From: a virus
DNA: 64,000 nucleotides
Reading direction: 5' to 3' (one strand)
IMG/VR virus record: IMGVR_UViG_3300021425_000031
Coordinates: 2,584-66,583 of that record
Positions within the stretch are counted from its first letter, which is position 1; each line of letters begins with the position of its first letter. The position numbers and the translations under genes were made by a program. A model generated the notes under the pieces. That model did no database searches. It saw nothing but the letters and a program-made list of their open reading frames with translations, and was not told the DNA's origin. This document shows, one piece after another, positions 18,907-29,858 of this stretch.

Positions 18907-21900
18907 ATGGCACAAAAGACAAACCTAAATGTAAGTCCTTATTTTGATGACTTTGATGCCCAAAAGAATTTTTATAAAGTTCTTTTTACTCCAGGAAGAC
19001 CAGTACAGGCAAGAGAATTAAATAATATTCAATCAATATTACAAAATCAAATTGAATCTTTTGGAAGTCACATATTTAAAGAAGGATCTGTAGTAATTCC
19101 AGGGAACACTACTTATGATCCCAATTTTTTTGCAGTTAAGTTAAATTCAACATCTTTTGGCGTTAACATATCAGCATATATTGATCAATATATTGGAAAA
19201 CTAATCGAAGGTCAAATTTCTGGTGTTACTGCATCAGTCCAGAAAGTTGAAGTTCCAAATTCATCTAATGGATTAGATTATGTTACGTTATATGTAAAAT
19301 ATATAGATTCTGATAATGATTTTAATTTCAATCCATTTCAAGATGGGGAATCATTAGTTTCTAATGAAAGTGTAGTTTATGGTAACACTACAATTACATC
19401 TGGAACTCCTTTTGCATCTTTAATATCCACTGATGCTACTGCTATAGGATCTGCAGCTTCCATTAATGATGGAATTTATTTTGTAAGGGGCACTTTTGCA
19501 AATATAACCAAGCAAACTATTATTCTTGATTATTATTCCAATACTCCATCATATAGAATAGGATTAAAAGTATCGGAAGAAATTATAACCGCTAAGGAAG
19601 ATTCTTCTTTATATGATAATGCAAAGGGATTTACAAACTATGCAGCTCCTGGGGCAGATAGATTTAAAATAGGATTATCTCTCACTAAAAAAACTTTAGA
19701 TGGTGTTGATACTGACACTGATTTTATTGAAATTCTTAGAATTGAAAATGGTGAGATTAAGAAAGTTAATACTAAAACACAATATTCAACAATAAGAGAT
19801 TATCTAGCCCAAAGAACTTTTGATGAGTCTGGAAATTATTCAGTAGAACCTTTTAAAATTTCTTTACACAATTCTCTTAATAATAGACTTGGCAATAATG
19901 GACTATTTTTTGACAACCAGAAAACAGAATATGGAAATAATCCATCAGATGACTTAATGTGTGTAAAGTTGTCTCCAGGAAAAGCATATGTTAAGGGTTA
20001 TGATATAGAAAAAGTTACTACTACTATTCTCGATGTAAACAAACCAAGAGAAACTCAGAATGTAGAAAACGTAAATATTCCTTTCGAAATGGGAAATTTA
20101 CTTAGAATTAATAATATAACAGGATCTCCAAAGCAAAATGAGTCCGTAGAAATTCACTCCGTCAGAAGAAGTGATTCTGGCAACCCATCTGCAAATACAA
20201 AAATTGGAGATGCTAGAGTTTATAATTTTAGATTAACTGATGCTGCATATTCTGGAGCATCTACCAATTGGGACTTATACCTTTACGATATACAAACATA
20301 TACTACCTTAGTATTGAATCAAGGTCTTTCTGCAGTAGAATTGCCAGAATCATCTTATGTAAAAGGTAAAAGCAGTGGAGCATCTGGATACGCCGCTGTT
20401 GCTGGTGATGGTACAGCAACAGTTAAGTTGAGACAAACATCGGGTATTTTTGTAAGAGGTGAGCAATTAATTATCAATGGATTGGAGTTATATCCAAGAT
20501 CTATCTCTGAAATAACTGTATATGATACTTCCGACATTAAGCAGATTTACCAACCAACATCTGTTTCTGGATTTACCACACCATTTATTGGAGACTCTGT
20601 ATTAGATAGACAACTTCCCATTGGGTTTAATGCTTCAGATACTATCAACATCACTGCAGGTGGTGTAGTAACTTCTCCCGGAAAGTTTTTTAACACTATC
20701 AAACCTGGTTCTATAGTAAGATTCCAGGCACCAGATAAAACAACTGAAACTTTTAATGTTGTCTCCAGTGTAAATTCTACTGGAACATCTATGGTTGTTG
20801 CAGGGATTGCTACAGTTACGGGTGTTTGTGATGGTGGAGTAGGAGTTGCGACAAATTTATCATTTAGTTTAGGAATACCTAAGATTAGAAATTCAGATAA
20901 GGGATACTTATATACAGAATTGCCAAATAAAAATGTATCTCAAGTAGATTTAAATGATTCTATATTAACTTTTAGCGCACAATCTACAAGTGCGAAGTCA
21001 TCGAGTAGTCCAATAGTTCTATCAGTATCAGACTTTTCTCTTTCTTCAGGACTGTCAACCGCATTATTTGCATCATTTGATGAAGAGCGTTATTCAGTCC
21101 ATTATACTGACGGAACCACACAATCTCTAACTTCTGACCAATTTTCCCTATCAAATAATCAAGTAACTTTATCAAATCTTACAACAGGAAAAACAACCTC
21201 ATCAATTAATGCCACCTTTATCAAGAATGGTGTACAAAGCAAGCAAAAACAATTTAATCGCAGCGAGTCTATAAATGTAGTTTATTCTAAATACCCAGAA
21301 TCTGGTACAGGAATTAGCACTTCAATTAACGATGGTTTAGAATATAATCAGTATTATGGACTTAGAGTACAAGATGAAGAGATTTCTCTCAACTATCCTG
21401 ATGTATCAAAAGTCTTGGCAGTTTATGAATCTTTAGACGCATCAAATCCATCTGTAGACACTTTATCATTCAGTGTAATTTTAAATATTGGAGAAAATGC
21501 AATCATAGGTGAAAATATTTTAGGATCAGAAAGTGGTTGTATTGCTAGAGTTATATCTAGATCTACTAATAGTGTTGGAATTGTTTATCTAAATTCAAAT
21601 CGCTTTAATGAAAATGAGTCTGTAACTTTCCAGGAATCAAATATTGTTGGTGAAATTGATTTTCTAACTCCAGGAAATTATAATGACATCACTAATAAAT
21701 TTATTTTAGATAAAGCGCAAAAAGAACAATACTATGACTATTCAAGACTTGTTCGTAACGAAGGAGAAACTGAACCATCAAAGAGATTATTAATTGTATT
21801 TGACTACTACACCATACCTTCAACTGATAATGGTGATGTATTTACTGTGGCAAGTTATAACAAAGAGCAATTTGCTTCAGATGTACCTTTAATCGGAAAT

Positions 21901-24900
21901 AATATTAGAGCGACAGACACATTAGATTTTAGACCAAGAGTTTCTGTTTTCTCAGCAAATACTTCCTCCCCTTTTGATTTTTCTAATAGAGATTTTAGTT
22001 CTTCTATCAAGTTAAATCTAACACCCAACGAAAGCACTATTCTTGGATATGATTGCTATCTTGGTAGAGTTGATAAAATTTATTTGAATAAAAACGGAGA
22101 ATTTATCTACCTGGAAGGATTGTCATCCATAAGTCCAAAATCCCCATTAAAGACTGATGATTTAATGGAGTTAGGAACGATTACTCTTCCCCCATATCTT
22201 TACAATGTCAAGAATGCTATATTATCTCTTGTAGATAATAGAAGATATACTATGAGAGACATTGGATTGATTGAAAATCGAGTAAAAAATCTTGAGAGGG
22301 TAACTTCATTATCACTTTTAGAATTAAGCACGCAAACACTTCAAATACAAGATTCTGAAGGATTTAACAGATTTAAAACTGGATTTTTTGTAGATGACTT
22401 TAAGGATTTTTCAAGAATAAACAATTTATTTTCATCAATTGAAATTGATTCAGATTTTCAAGAGATGAGACCCATCATCTCTAGAAATAGTTTAAAAAAT
22501 TATCTTGCACCAGCACAAAATATAACAGATGAATCTTTAGACTTATCTACAAACTATAGTCTCTTAGATTCAAATACTCAAAAAACTGGAGATACAGTTT
22601 CACTCAAATATAGTCCTGAAAAATGGATATCACAACCATTGGCAACTCAGGTTGAAAACGTAAACCCATTCCATGTAGTATCTTATAGTGGAACGATAAA
22701 ATTGTCTCCAGAAAGCGATAATTGGGTTAGAACAATACAGTTGCCCGATAAAACAGTTTCTGTTACTGATTATGTTTTAGTCGAAAGATCTAGAGTTGAA
22801 GTTGGATCTAGAAGTGTAAGAGTAGCAAATTGGGATAGAAGGGGTCAAATTGAAACATCTATTGAAGTGTCTCAAAATACAACTAATTCCACAAATACAA
22901 CTACATCATCTTCAAGTGTTACTACATTAGTAGAATCTAGACCTGAAGAATATATGAGATCTAGAAATACTGAATTTTCCATTTCCAATTTGAAACCATC
23001 TACGGAATATTATCAATTCCTAGATGGAAACGGGTCTGTAGACTTTATTCCGAAACTTATTGAAATATCGGATAGTTCTTCTTTACAAAATCCTGGAGCA
23101 TCATCTACATTTTCAATCGGAGAAACTATTTTTGGATATGATTCAACAAATAATAAAATTATTTCCTTCAGAGTTGCGCGACCAGATCACAAGTTTGGGG
23201 CATATAATTCTCCAACCACATCATTTACTATAAATCCTTATATTAAAACAGAGTCTCTACCAACTACATATAGTAATTCTTCAAAAGTATTGAATGTAGA
23301 CACTTATTCATTATCAGAAGAAGCACAGGGTTTATATTCTGGATATTTAGTTACAGGTGCAAAACTTGTTGGACAAACAAGTGGTGCCATAGCATATGTA
23401 AAAGATCTTAGACTAATATCTGATAACTTTGGAGATTTAATAGGATCTTTCTTTATCAGAGATCCAAATACTTCACCTGCACCTGACGTTAGAATTAATA
23501 CAGGAAATAAAACTTATAAAGTCACATCAAGTCCTACAAACGAAACTGCAGCACCTGGTAGTACTTCCATTTCTAGTGCCTCTACCAACTATGTTTCAGA
23601 AGGAACTCTAGAGTTATATGAAACTACTATTACAAATACTACTACAGTAACTACCACTAGAACTACGACTACAACTATAACAAATGTTACAACTGAATTT
23701 TATGATCCTTTAGCACAGTCGTTTAGTGTTGGTGGAAGTGAAACTGCAAATGACGAGGAGGATGGTGCTTATTTAACAGGTGTAGATTTATTCTTCTATA
23801 AAAAAGACACTAATAATAATCCTCTAACAGTTCAAGTAAGAACTGTAGAACTTGGAACTCCAACAAGAACGGTTATTGGAAATCCAGTTACATTACGACC
23901 AAATCAAATTAATATTTCAGATGATGCATCTGCAGTAACTGAAGTAACATTTGATTATCCAATTTATCTTGCTCCTGGACTAGAATATGCAATTGTCCTC
24001 CTTGCTCCAGAAAGCATAGAGTATGAGGTTTTCATTGCAGAAATGGGTAAAAAGACTATTCAGTCTGCAAATCTACCTGATGCTAATGCTGTTGTTTATA
24101 GTCAACAATTTGCTTTGGGAAGTCTATTTAAGTCTCAAAATGGATCTATATGGACAGCAAATCAATATCAAGATATGAAGTTTACACTATATCGTGCAAA
24201 CTTTGTAACAGATACTCCTTCTACAGCATACTTCTATAATCCAACTCTAAATGAAAGTAATGGATATATCAAAAATCTCCAAAATAATCCGCTAACTGCA
24301 CTTCCTAGATTGTTGAGTGTTGGTATTACAACTACCACCGATACTAATGCTATTAGCATCTTGACCACTGGTAGAAAAGTAAGTGAGAGCATAAAAACAT
24401 ATAATTATGGATATATCGTCGGCAAAGGATGCTCAGTATCTTCTGTCGGAGTAACTACAAGTGGATCTAATTATGTTACAGATTCTGATGTATCTACATT
24501 CAATATTATTGGTAATGGATCTGGTCTCACTTTAAATATTACTGCTTCTGGCGGTGGAATTACTGCTGCTACTGTAGTAAATCCTGGAACAGGATATGCA
24601 ATCGGAGATGTTGTTGGTATTGTAACTTCTTCAGTTTCCAGTAACAGTGGAAGAAACGCAACTATAACGATTACTGGCAATAACAATGGGGTTGACACTT
24701 TATATCTGAGCAATGTCCAAGGCAACTCTTTCACTGCAGATGGAACGGCAAACTTAGTCTATTACGATAACTCAAATAATTCAGTAACTATGGGATCTAC
24801 TTATATTACAAGTTCAACCCCCACTGGATCTCTATATAATGGCAATTTTGTTAAGGTAAATCACTTTAATCATGGAATGTATGCAGCGAATAATAAAGTT

Positions 24901-26184
24901 TCCATCTCTGGAGTTTTACCAAATGTTATTCCAACCACATTATCTCAATCTATAACTGCATCTTCTACAACCATTTCTGTTGCAAATGCATCAAACTTTG
25001 CGACTTTTGAGGGTAAAGCAGTTGGTGAAAGTAATCCTGGATATGCTATCGTCGAAAATGAAATTATTAAGTATGAAAGTGTTGGATCTGGTACATTAGA
25101 AACAATAACAAGAGCACAATCATCCACACTCGCAGTTCCTCACGACACTAATTCACAAATCTATAAGTATGAATTTAACGGAGTATCCTTAAGAAGAATT
25201 AATACAACTCACGATATTAGTGATTTTGGTTTAGATATCGATAGTTACTATATTGAAATTGATAGGACTTCTAATGGTGTAGATAGAAGTGTAGATAATA
25301 CTCCTACAGGTTATCCACAACTTTCATTTGAAACTGAATTAAATTCTGGTGGGAATAATGTTTTTGCTACAGAAAATATTCAATATGATTCTATTATTCC
25401 ATTTTATAGGATTATATCTCCAACTGATGCGACTTCTGTGTCCGCAAAAATTAGAAGTGTAAGTGGAACAAGTATATCAGGAAATGAAGTATCATTCAAC
25501 GACTTAGGTTATGAGGATATACAACTTAATTCCTTAAATCAATTGTCTTCCACAAGAATTGTTTGCTCAAAAGTCAATGAAGATACATATCTAACTACTC
25601 TTCCTAGAAATAAATCTTTTACTACCGCAGTTACTTTACAAACAAACAATAAGTATCTATCTCCACAAATATTTTTAGATAATTGCTTCACAGATTTCCA
25701 CAGTAACAGAATTAATTCACCTATATCAAATTATTCCACCGACAACAGAGTTAATTCAGTTATTGAAGATCCACATTCTTCTGTTTATGTATCTAATACC
25801 GTTATACTATCACAGTCTGCAACTTCTCTAAAAGTCATACTATCTGCTTATAGACATTCTTCTGCCGACTTTAGAGTTCTTTATAGTTTGATTAGACCTG
25901 ATTCCAGCGAAATTGCTCAAGCATTTGAATTATTCCCAGGATATGACAACTTAACTATAGATAATAATAATGATGGATATTTAGATATAGTAAATCCAGC
26001 AAACAATAGTGGATTGCCAGATACCTTTGTAAGAAGCGGTAAGGATAATGAATTCTTAGAATATGAGTTTTCTGCTAATAATCTTGGCGAATTTAGTGGA
26101 TATATAATTAAAATTGTTATGTCTTCAACTAATCAAGCATATCCTCCAAGATTTAAAGATTTAAGGAGCATTGCAATCAGATGA
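18907..26184 (+). CDS. large virion structural protein, VrlC/DUF4815-like (2425 aa)
   Basis: NLNVSPYFDDFD...VLF.PG.PVQARELN..QSILQNQ, APGADRFKI, RTFDESGNY, RFKTGFFVDDF, DPLAQSF. Confidence 0.85.
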   Translation: MAQKTNLNVSPYFDDFDAQKNFYKVLFTPGRPVQARELNNIQSILQNQIESFGSHIFKEGSVVIPGNTTYDPNFFAVKLNSTSFGVNISAYIDQYIGKLIEGQISGVTASVQKVEVPNSSNGLDYVTLYVKYIDSDNDFNFNPFQDGESLVSNESVVYGNTTITSGTPFASLISTDATAIGSAASINDGIYFVRGTFANITKQTIILDYYSNTPSYRIGLKVSEEIITAKEDSSLYDNAKGFTNYAAPGADRFKIGLSLTKKTLDGVDTDTDFIEILRIENGEIKKVNTKTQYSTIRDYLAQRTFDESGNYSVEPFKISLHNSLNNRLGNNGLFFDNQKTEYGNNPSDDLMCVKLSPGKAYVKGYDIEKVTTTILDVNKPRETQNVENVNIPFEMGNLLRINNITGSPKQNESVEIHSVRRSDSGNPSANTKIGDARVYNFRLTDAAYSGASTNWDLYLYDIQTYTTLVLNQGLSAVELPESSYVKGKSSGASGYAAVAGDGTATVKLRQTSGIFVRGEQLIINGLELYPRSISEITVYDTSDIKQIYQPTSVSGFTTPFIGDSVLDRQLPIGFNASDTINITAGGVVTSPGKFFNTIKPGSIVRFQAPDKTTETFNVVSSVNSTGTSMVVAGIATVTGVCDGGVGVATNLSFSLGIPKIRNSDKGYLYTELPNKNVSQVDLNDSILTFSAQSTSAKSSSSPIVLSVSDFSLSSGLSTALFASFDEERYSVHYTDGTTQSLTSDQFSLSNNQVTLSNLTTGKTTSSINATFIKNGVQSKQKQFNRSESINVVYSKYPESGTGISTSINDGLEYNQYYGLRVQDEEISLNYPDVSKVLAVYESLDASNPSVDTLSFSVILNIGENAIIGENILGSESGCIARVISRSTNSVGIVYLNSNRFNENESVTFQESNIVGEIDFLTPGNYNDITNKFILDKAQKEQYYDYSRLVRNEGETEPSKRLLIVFDYYTIPSTDNGDVFTVASYNKEQFASDVPLIGNNIRATDTLDFRPRVSVFSANTSSPFDFSNRDFSSSIKLNLTPNESTILGYDCYLGRVDKIYLNKNGEFIYLEGLSSISPKSPLKTDDLMELGTITLPPYLYNVKNAILSLVDNRRYTMRDIGLIENRVKNLERVTSLSLLELSTQTLQIQDSEGFNRFKTGFFVDDFKDFSRINNLFSSIEIDSDFQEMRPIISRNSLKNYLAPAQNITDESLDLSTNYSLLDSNTQKTGDTVSLKYSPEKWISQPLATQVENVNPFHVVSYSGTIKLSPESDNWVRTIQLPDKTVSVTDYVLVERSRVEVGSRSVRVANWDRRGQIETSIEVSQNTTNSTNTTTSSSSVTTLVESRPEEYMRSRNTEFSISNLKPSTEYYQFLDGNGSVDFIPKLIEISDSSSLQNPGASSTFSIGETIFGYDSTNNKIISFRVARPDHKFGAYNSPTTSFTINPYIKTESLPTTYSNSSKVLNVDTYSLSEEAQGLYSGYLVTGAKLVGQTSGAIAYVKDLRLISDNFGDLIGSFFIRDPNTSPAPDVRINTGNKTYKVTSSPTNETAAPGSTSISSASTNYVSEGTLELYETTITNTTTVTTTRTTTTTITNVTTEFYDPLAQSFSVGGSETANDEEDGAYLTGVDLFFYKKDTNNNPLTVQVRTVELGTPTRTVIGNPVTLRPNQINISDDASAVTEVTFDYPIYLAPGLEYAIVLLAPESIEYEVFIAEMGKKTIQSANLPDANAVVYSQQFALGSLFKSQNGSIWTANQYQDMKFTLYRANFVTDTPSTAYFYNPTLNESNGYIKNLQNNPLTALPRLLSVGITTTTDTNAISILTTGRKVSESIKTYNYGYIVGKGCSVSSVGVTTSGSNYVTDSDVSTFNIIGNGSGLTLNITASGGGITAATVVNPGTGYAIGDVVGIVTSSVSSNSGRNATITITGNNNGVDTLYLSNVQGNSFTADGTANLVYYDNSNNSVTMGSTYITSSTPTGSLYNGNFVKVNHFNHGMYAANNKVSISGVLPNVIPTTLSQSITASSTTISVANASNFATFEGKAVGESNPGYAIVENEIIKYESVGSGTLETITRAQSSTLAVPHDTNSQIYKYEFNGVSLRRINTTHDISDFGLDIDSYYIEIDRTSNGVDRSVDNTPTGYPQLSFETELNSGGNNVFATENIQYDSIIPFYRIISPTDATSVSAKIRSVSGTSISGNEVSFNDLGYEDIQLNSLNQLSSTRIVCSKVNEDTYLTTLPRNKSFTTAVTLQTNNKYLSPQIFLDNCFTDFHSNRINSPISNYSTDNRVNSVIEDPHSSVYVSNTVILSQSATSLKVILSAYRHSSADFRVLYSLIRPDSSEIAQAFELFPGYDNLTIDNNNDGYLDIVNPANNSGLPDTFVRSGKDNEFLEYEFSANNLGEFSGYIIKIVMSSTNQAYPPRFKDLRSIAIR

Positions 26185-26375
26185 TGATACCAGTAAAAGG
26201 ACACCCAAACTTGTATAGGGATGAAGAATCTGGAGCAATTGTCAACTGTGACAATACTTCCTATAATCAATATGTCAATAGTTTGAACAATAGAAAATCC
26301 CAAAAGATGGAATTGGATCAAATAAAAAAAGATATTGAAGAAATAAAAAATTTATTAAAACAAATTCTAACGTAG
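26181..26375 (+). CDS. small conserved hypothetical protein
   Basis: PVKGHPNLYRD..SGAIVN followed by a coiled-coil end; overlaps the upstream stop. Confidence 0.75.
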   Translation: MMIPVKGHPNLYRDEESGAIVNCDNTSYNQYVNSLNNRKSQKMELDQIKKDIEEIKNLLKQILT

Positions 26376-26386
26376 AGGTATGATTA

Positions 26387-27226
26387 ATGTCAAAACCTTC
26401 AAGTAAACAAGAATTAATAGAATACTGCTTGAGAAAACTAGGATATCCAATCTTAGAAATTAATTTGGCAGATGAGCAAATAGATGATCTAGTAGATGAT
26501 GCATTACAATATTTTAATGAAAGACATTTTGATGGTGTAGAGAGAATGTATTTAAAATACAAAATAACTCAAGAAGATATTGATAGGGGAAGATCAAGAA
26601 ATACATCAGGTGTTGGGATAGTGACAACTACAGGTACTTCAACAATAGATGGAGTATCCAAAGAGTTTAATTTTTATGAAACTTCTAATTATATTCAAGT
26701 ACCAGATTCAATAATTGGTATTGAAAGAATTTTTAAATTTGATACCAGTTCAATCTCTGGAGGAATGTTTAGTATTAAATATCAATTATTTTTAAATGAT
26801 TTATATTATTTCAATTCCGTTGAACTTCTTCAATATGCAATGGTAAAAAGTTACTTAGAAGACATTGATTTCTTGTTAACAACTGATAAGCAAATTAGAT
26901 TTAATAAAAGACAAAATAGACTATATTTAGATATAGATTGGTCATCACAATCTGCTGATAACTATATTGTTATAGATTGCTATAGAATTTTAAATCCAAA
27001 TGATTTTACAAAAATTTATAATGATAGTTTTTTGAAAAAATATTTGACTGCTTTAATGAAGCGCCAGTGGGGGCAAAATTTAATCAAATTCAGAGGCGTT
27101 AAACTTCCTGGAGGTATAGAATTAAATGGTAGAGAATTATACGAAGATGGAGAAAAAGAGATTGAAAGTATAATGCAAAAAATGTCAACAGATTACGAAC
27201 TTCCACCATACGACTTTATTGGATAA
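26387..27226 (+). CDS. gp13: neck protein gp13
   Basis: LIEYCLRKLG.P.LEIN, KRQWGQNLIKF.GV.LPGG..LNG. Confidence 0.93.
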   Translation: MSKPSSKQELIEYCLRKLGYPILEINLADEQIDDLVDDALQYFNERHFDGVERMYLKYKITQEDIDRGRSRNTSGVGIVTTTGTSTIDGVSKEFNFYETSNYIQVPDSIIGIERIFKFDTSSISGGMFSIKYQLFLNDLYYFNSVELLQYAMVKSYLEDIDFLLTTDKQIRFNKRQNRLYLDIDWSSQSADNYIVIDCYRILNPNDFTKIYNDSFLKKYLTALMKRQWGQNLIKFRGVKLPGGIELNGRELYEDGEKEIESIMQKMSTDYELPPYDFIG

Positions 27227-28617
27227 TGGCACTCAATCCATTTTTTTTACACGGATCTCCAAACGAGCAAAGGCTTGTCCAAGAATTAGTAAATGAACAA
27301 CTTCGCATGTACGGTGTAGAAGTAATTTATATTCCAAGAAAATTTGTTCGTAAAGAAACTATTATAAAAGAAATATCTTCATCAAAATTTGATGACAATT
27401 TTGCTATTGAAGCATATTTAAATAATTTTGATGGTTACACTGGTCAGGGAGATATATTAACGAAATTTGGAATGAATTTAAGAGATGAAGTTAGTTTAAT
27501 TATTTCAAAGGAAAGATTTGAGGATTTTATCGCTCCATTTTTAGAACAAGATGATCCGGAAATAGAAATTTTTTCTAGACCTAGAGAGGGTGATTTAGTA
27601 TATTTTCCCTTGGGTCAAAGAATATTTGAAGTTAAATTTGTCGAGCATGAAAATCCTTTTTATCAATTGGGAAAATTATATGTTTATGAATTAAAATGTG
27701 AACTATTTGAATATGAGGATGAAATGGGAGGTTGGAATGATATTAATACTACTGTTGAAGAAATTGATTCTACTCTTGAAAATAGAGGATATATCACTAC
27801 ATTAAAACTCATATCTTCAGGAAGACAAGCGGTTTCAACTGCAAATACTGCTACTGGTTATATTAGAAAAATTATACTAACTAATGACGGTTATGGTTAC
27901 ACTTCAACACCAACTATAGGTATTTCTACAGCTCCTGTTAATGGAATAGATGCATCAGCTGTGGCATTCACAAAATGTATAAATGGGGTGTGCTCTGTTA
28001 AGGAAATTCTTTTAACAAATTGTGGATCTGGATATACTATTGCACCAGAAATTACTATAAATGGTGTTGGCGTTGGAGCAGCTGCTACATCTATTTTGGT
28101 TACAAATTATAATGGAATAAGAACAGTTAGTATTGGTGATTCAGGTAATGGTTACCCAGATTCTCCTACCATAACTTTTGAATCTCCTACCGTAGGATTA
28201 GCGATAACCGCAGTTGGAAGAGTTTTAGTTAATGATGAAGGACAAATATCTCAAGTTTTACTTTCTGACGCTGGTATTGGATATACTCAAAGTCATCAAG
28301 CTATTATTAGTCCTCCACCAGTCTTAACTGGCATTGGAACATTCATATTTAATGAAGTTATAACAGGTTCTATTTCCGGAGCATCCGCTAGAGTTAAAAG
28401 TTGGGATAAAGATGAAAATATTCTTAAAGTTGGCACAACTAAAGGTCAATTTAAATCTGGAGATGTCATTACTGGTCAAACATCTTCGGCCTTATATTCT
28501 CTTAAAGAAATAAGAAATGCAAAGTTTGAAGATAAATATGGTGACAATGATCAAATTGAATCAGAAGCAGATTCGATATTAGATTTTTCAGAATCAAATC
28601 CATTCGGTACTTATTAA
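27226..28617 (+). CDS. gp14: neck protein gp14 with an internal extra beta-repeat region
   Basis: EQ.LVQ.LVNEQ, RPREGDLVYFP, FYQLGK.YVYEL.CELFEY; C-terminal DFSESNPFG. Confidence 0.92.
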   Translation: MALNPFFLHGSPNEQRLVQELVNEQLRMYGVEVIYIPRKFVRKETIIKEISSSKFDDNFAIEAYLNNFDGYTGQGDILTKFGMNLRDEVSLIISKERFEDFIAPFLEQDDPEIEIFSRPREGDLVYFPLGQRIFEVKFVEHENPFYQLGKLYVYELKCELFEYEDEMGGWNDINTTVEEIDSTLENRGYITTLKLISSGRQAVSTANTATGYIRKIILTNDGYGYTSTPTIGISTAPVNGIDASAVAFTKCINGVCSVKEILLTNCGSGYTIAPEITINGVGVGAAATSILVTNYNGIRTVSIGDSGNGYPDSPTITFESPTVGLAITAVGRVLVNDEGQISQVLLSDAGIGYTQSHQAIISPPPVLTGIGTFIFNEVITGSISGASARVKSWDKDENILKVGTTKGQFKSGDVITGQTSSALYSLKEIRNAKFEDKYGDNDQIESEADSILDFSESNPFGTY

Positions 28618-29414
28618 TGCTAGGAAACTATTACTACCATCAAATTATTAGAAAAACAATAATTGCTTTTGGAACTTTGTTTAATGAAATTTACATTAAA
28701 CATTTGGATAAAGATGGTGATGTTTATAATGAAATGAAGGTTCCATTAGCATATGGACCTACGCAAAAGTTTTTAGCCAGATTAGAACAACAAGCAGACT
28801 TAAATAAACCGATAGCAATTACTTTACCCAGAATGTCTTTTGAAATGACATCCATACAATATGATTCGACAAGAAAATCTGGTGTGACACAAAGTTTTAA
28901 AGCTTTAGATGGAAATAATTTAAAAAAAGTTTTTATGCCAGTTCCATATAATGTCGGAATGCAATTAAATATTATGTCAAAATTAAATGATGATGTATTG
29001 CAAATTATTGAGCAAATATTACCATATTTTCAACCATCTTTCAATTTAACAATAGACTTAGTTGATTCTATAGGAGAAAAAAGAGATATCCCTATAGTTT
29101 TAGATAGTATTTCTTTTACTGATGACTATGAGGGAGATTATTCTACAAGAAGAATTTTAATTTATACTTTGAATTTTACAGCAAAAACGCATTTATTTGG
29201 ACCTATTGCAGATTCTACAGATGGACTGATTCGTAAAGTTCAAGTTGACTATTACAATTCTACCGATATTGTAGGTGCAAAGCGAGAAATGAGATATACA
29301 GTTACCCCAGATCCAATTGATGTGAATTTGGATGATGATTTTGGATTCAATGAAACTTGGGAAAATTTCACTGATTCTAAATCTTATAGTCCAACACAAC
29401 AAAAAGATATTTAA
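28617..29414 (+). CDS. gp15: tail sheath stabiliser / terminator gp15
   Basis: YYYHQIIRK..IAFGTLFN, VPLAYGP..KFLAR, LPRMSFE, EQILPYFQP. Confidence 0.93.
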   Translation: MLGNYYYHQIIRKTIIAFGTLFNEIYIKHLDKDGDVYNEMKVPLAYGPTQKFLARLEQQADLNKPIAITLPRMSFEMTSIQYDSTRKSGVTQSFKALDGNNLKKVFMPVPYNVGMQLNIMSKLNDDVLQIIEQILPYFQPSFNLTIDLVDSIGEKRDIPIVLDSISFTDDYEGDYSTRRILIYTLNFTAKTHLFGPIADSTDGLIRKVQVDYYNSTDIVGAKREMRYTVTPDPIDVNLDDDFGFNETWENFTDSKSYSPTQQKDI

Positions 29415-29420
29415 TAAATT

Positions 29421-29858
29421 ATGTCCAGCAATTATAATAACTTAGATTCTACTTTTAATATTGAGAGTAATATTGTTGAGGTTGAAAAAGTAAAAGAAAA
29501 TTTAAATATTGAATTATTAAAAGGAGAAGAGATTAAAAAAGATTATGAGTACACTAGAGCAAATCTTTATTCATTGATTGAAAAAGGTCAAGAAGCAATT
29601 GATGGGATTATGGAACTTGCGGGAGAAGGTAATAGCCCAAGAGCTTATGAAGTTGCTGGACAATTAATTAAAAGTGTTGGAGATGTAACTGATAAACTCA
29701 TAGATCTTCAGAAAAAATTAAAGGATATTGAGGATGAGACAGTAAAGACTACCAATAATGTTACAAATAATGCAGTATTTGTAGGATCCACTTCGGAGTT
29801 ATCAAAATTACTCAAACAAGGATTCCTAAATAATAACGAGTCAGATCTTGCTAGTTGA
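29421..29858 (+). CDS. gp16: terminase small subunit gp16
   Basis: DYEYTRANL..LIEKG, PRAYEVAGQLIK, NNAVFVGST.EL. Confidence 0.93.
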   Translation: MSSNYNNLDSTFNIESNIVEVEKVKENLNIELLKGEEIKKDYEYTRANLYSLIEKGQEAIDGIMELAGEGNSPRAYEVAGQLIKSVGDVTDKLIDLQKKLKDIEDETVKTTNNVTNNAVFVGSTSELSKLLKQGFLNNNESDLAS

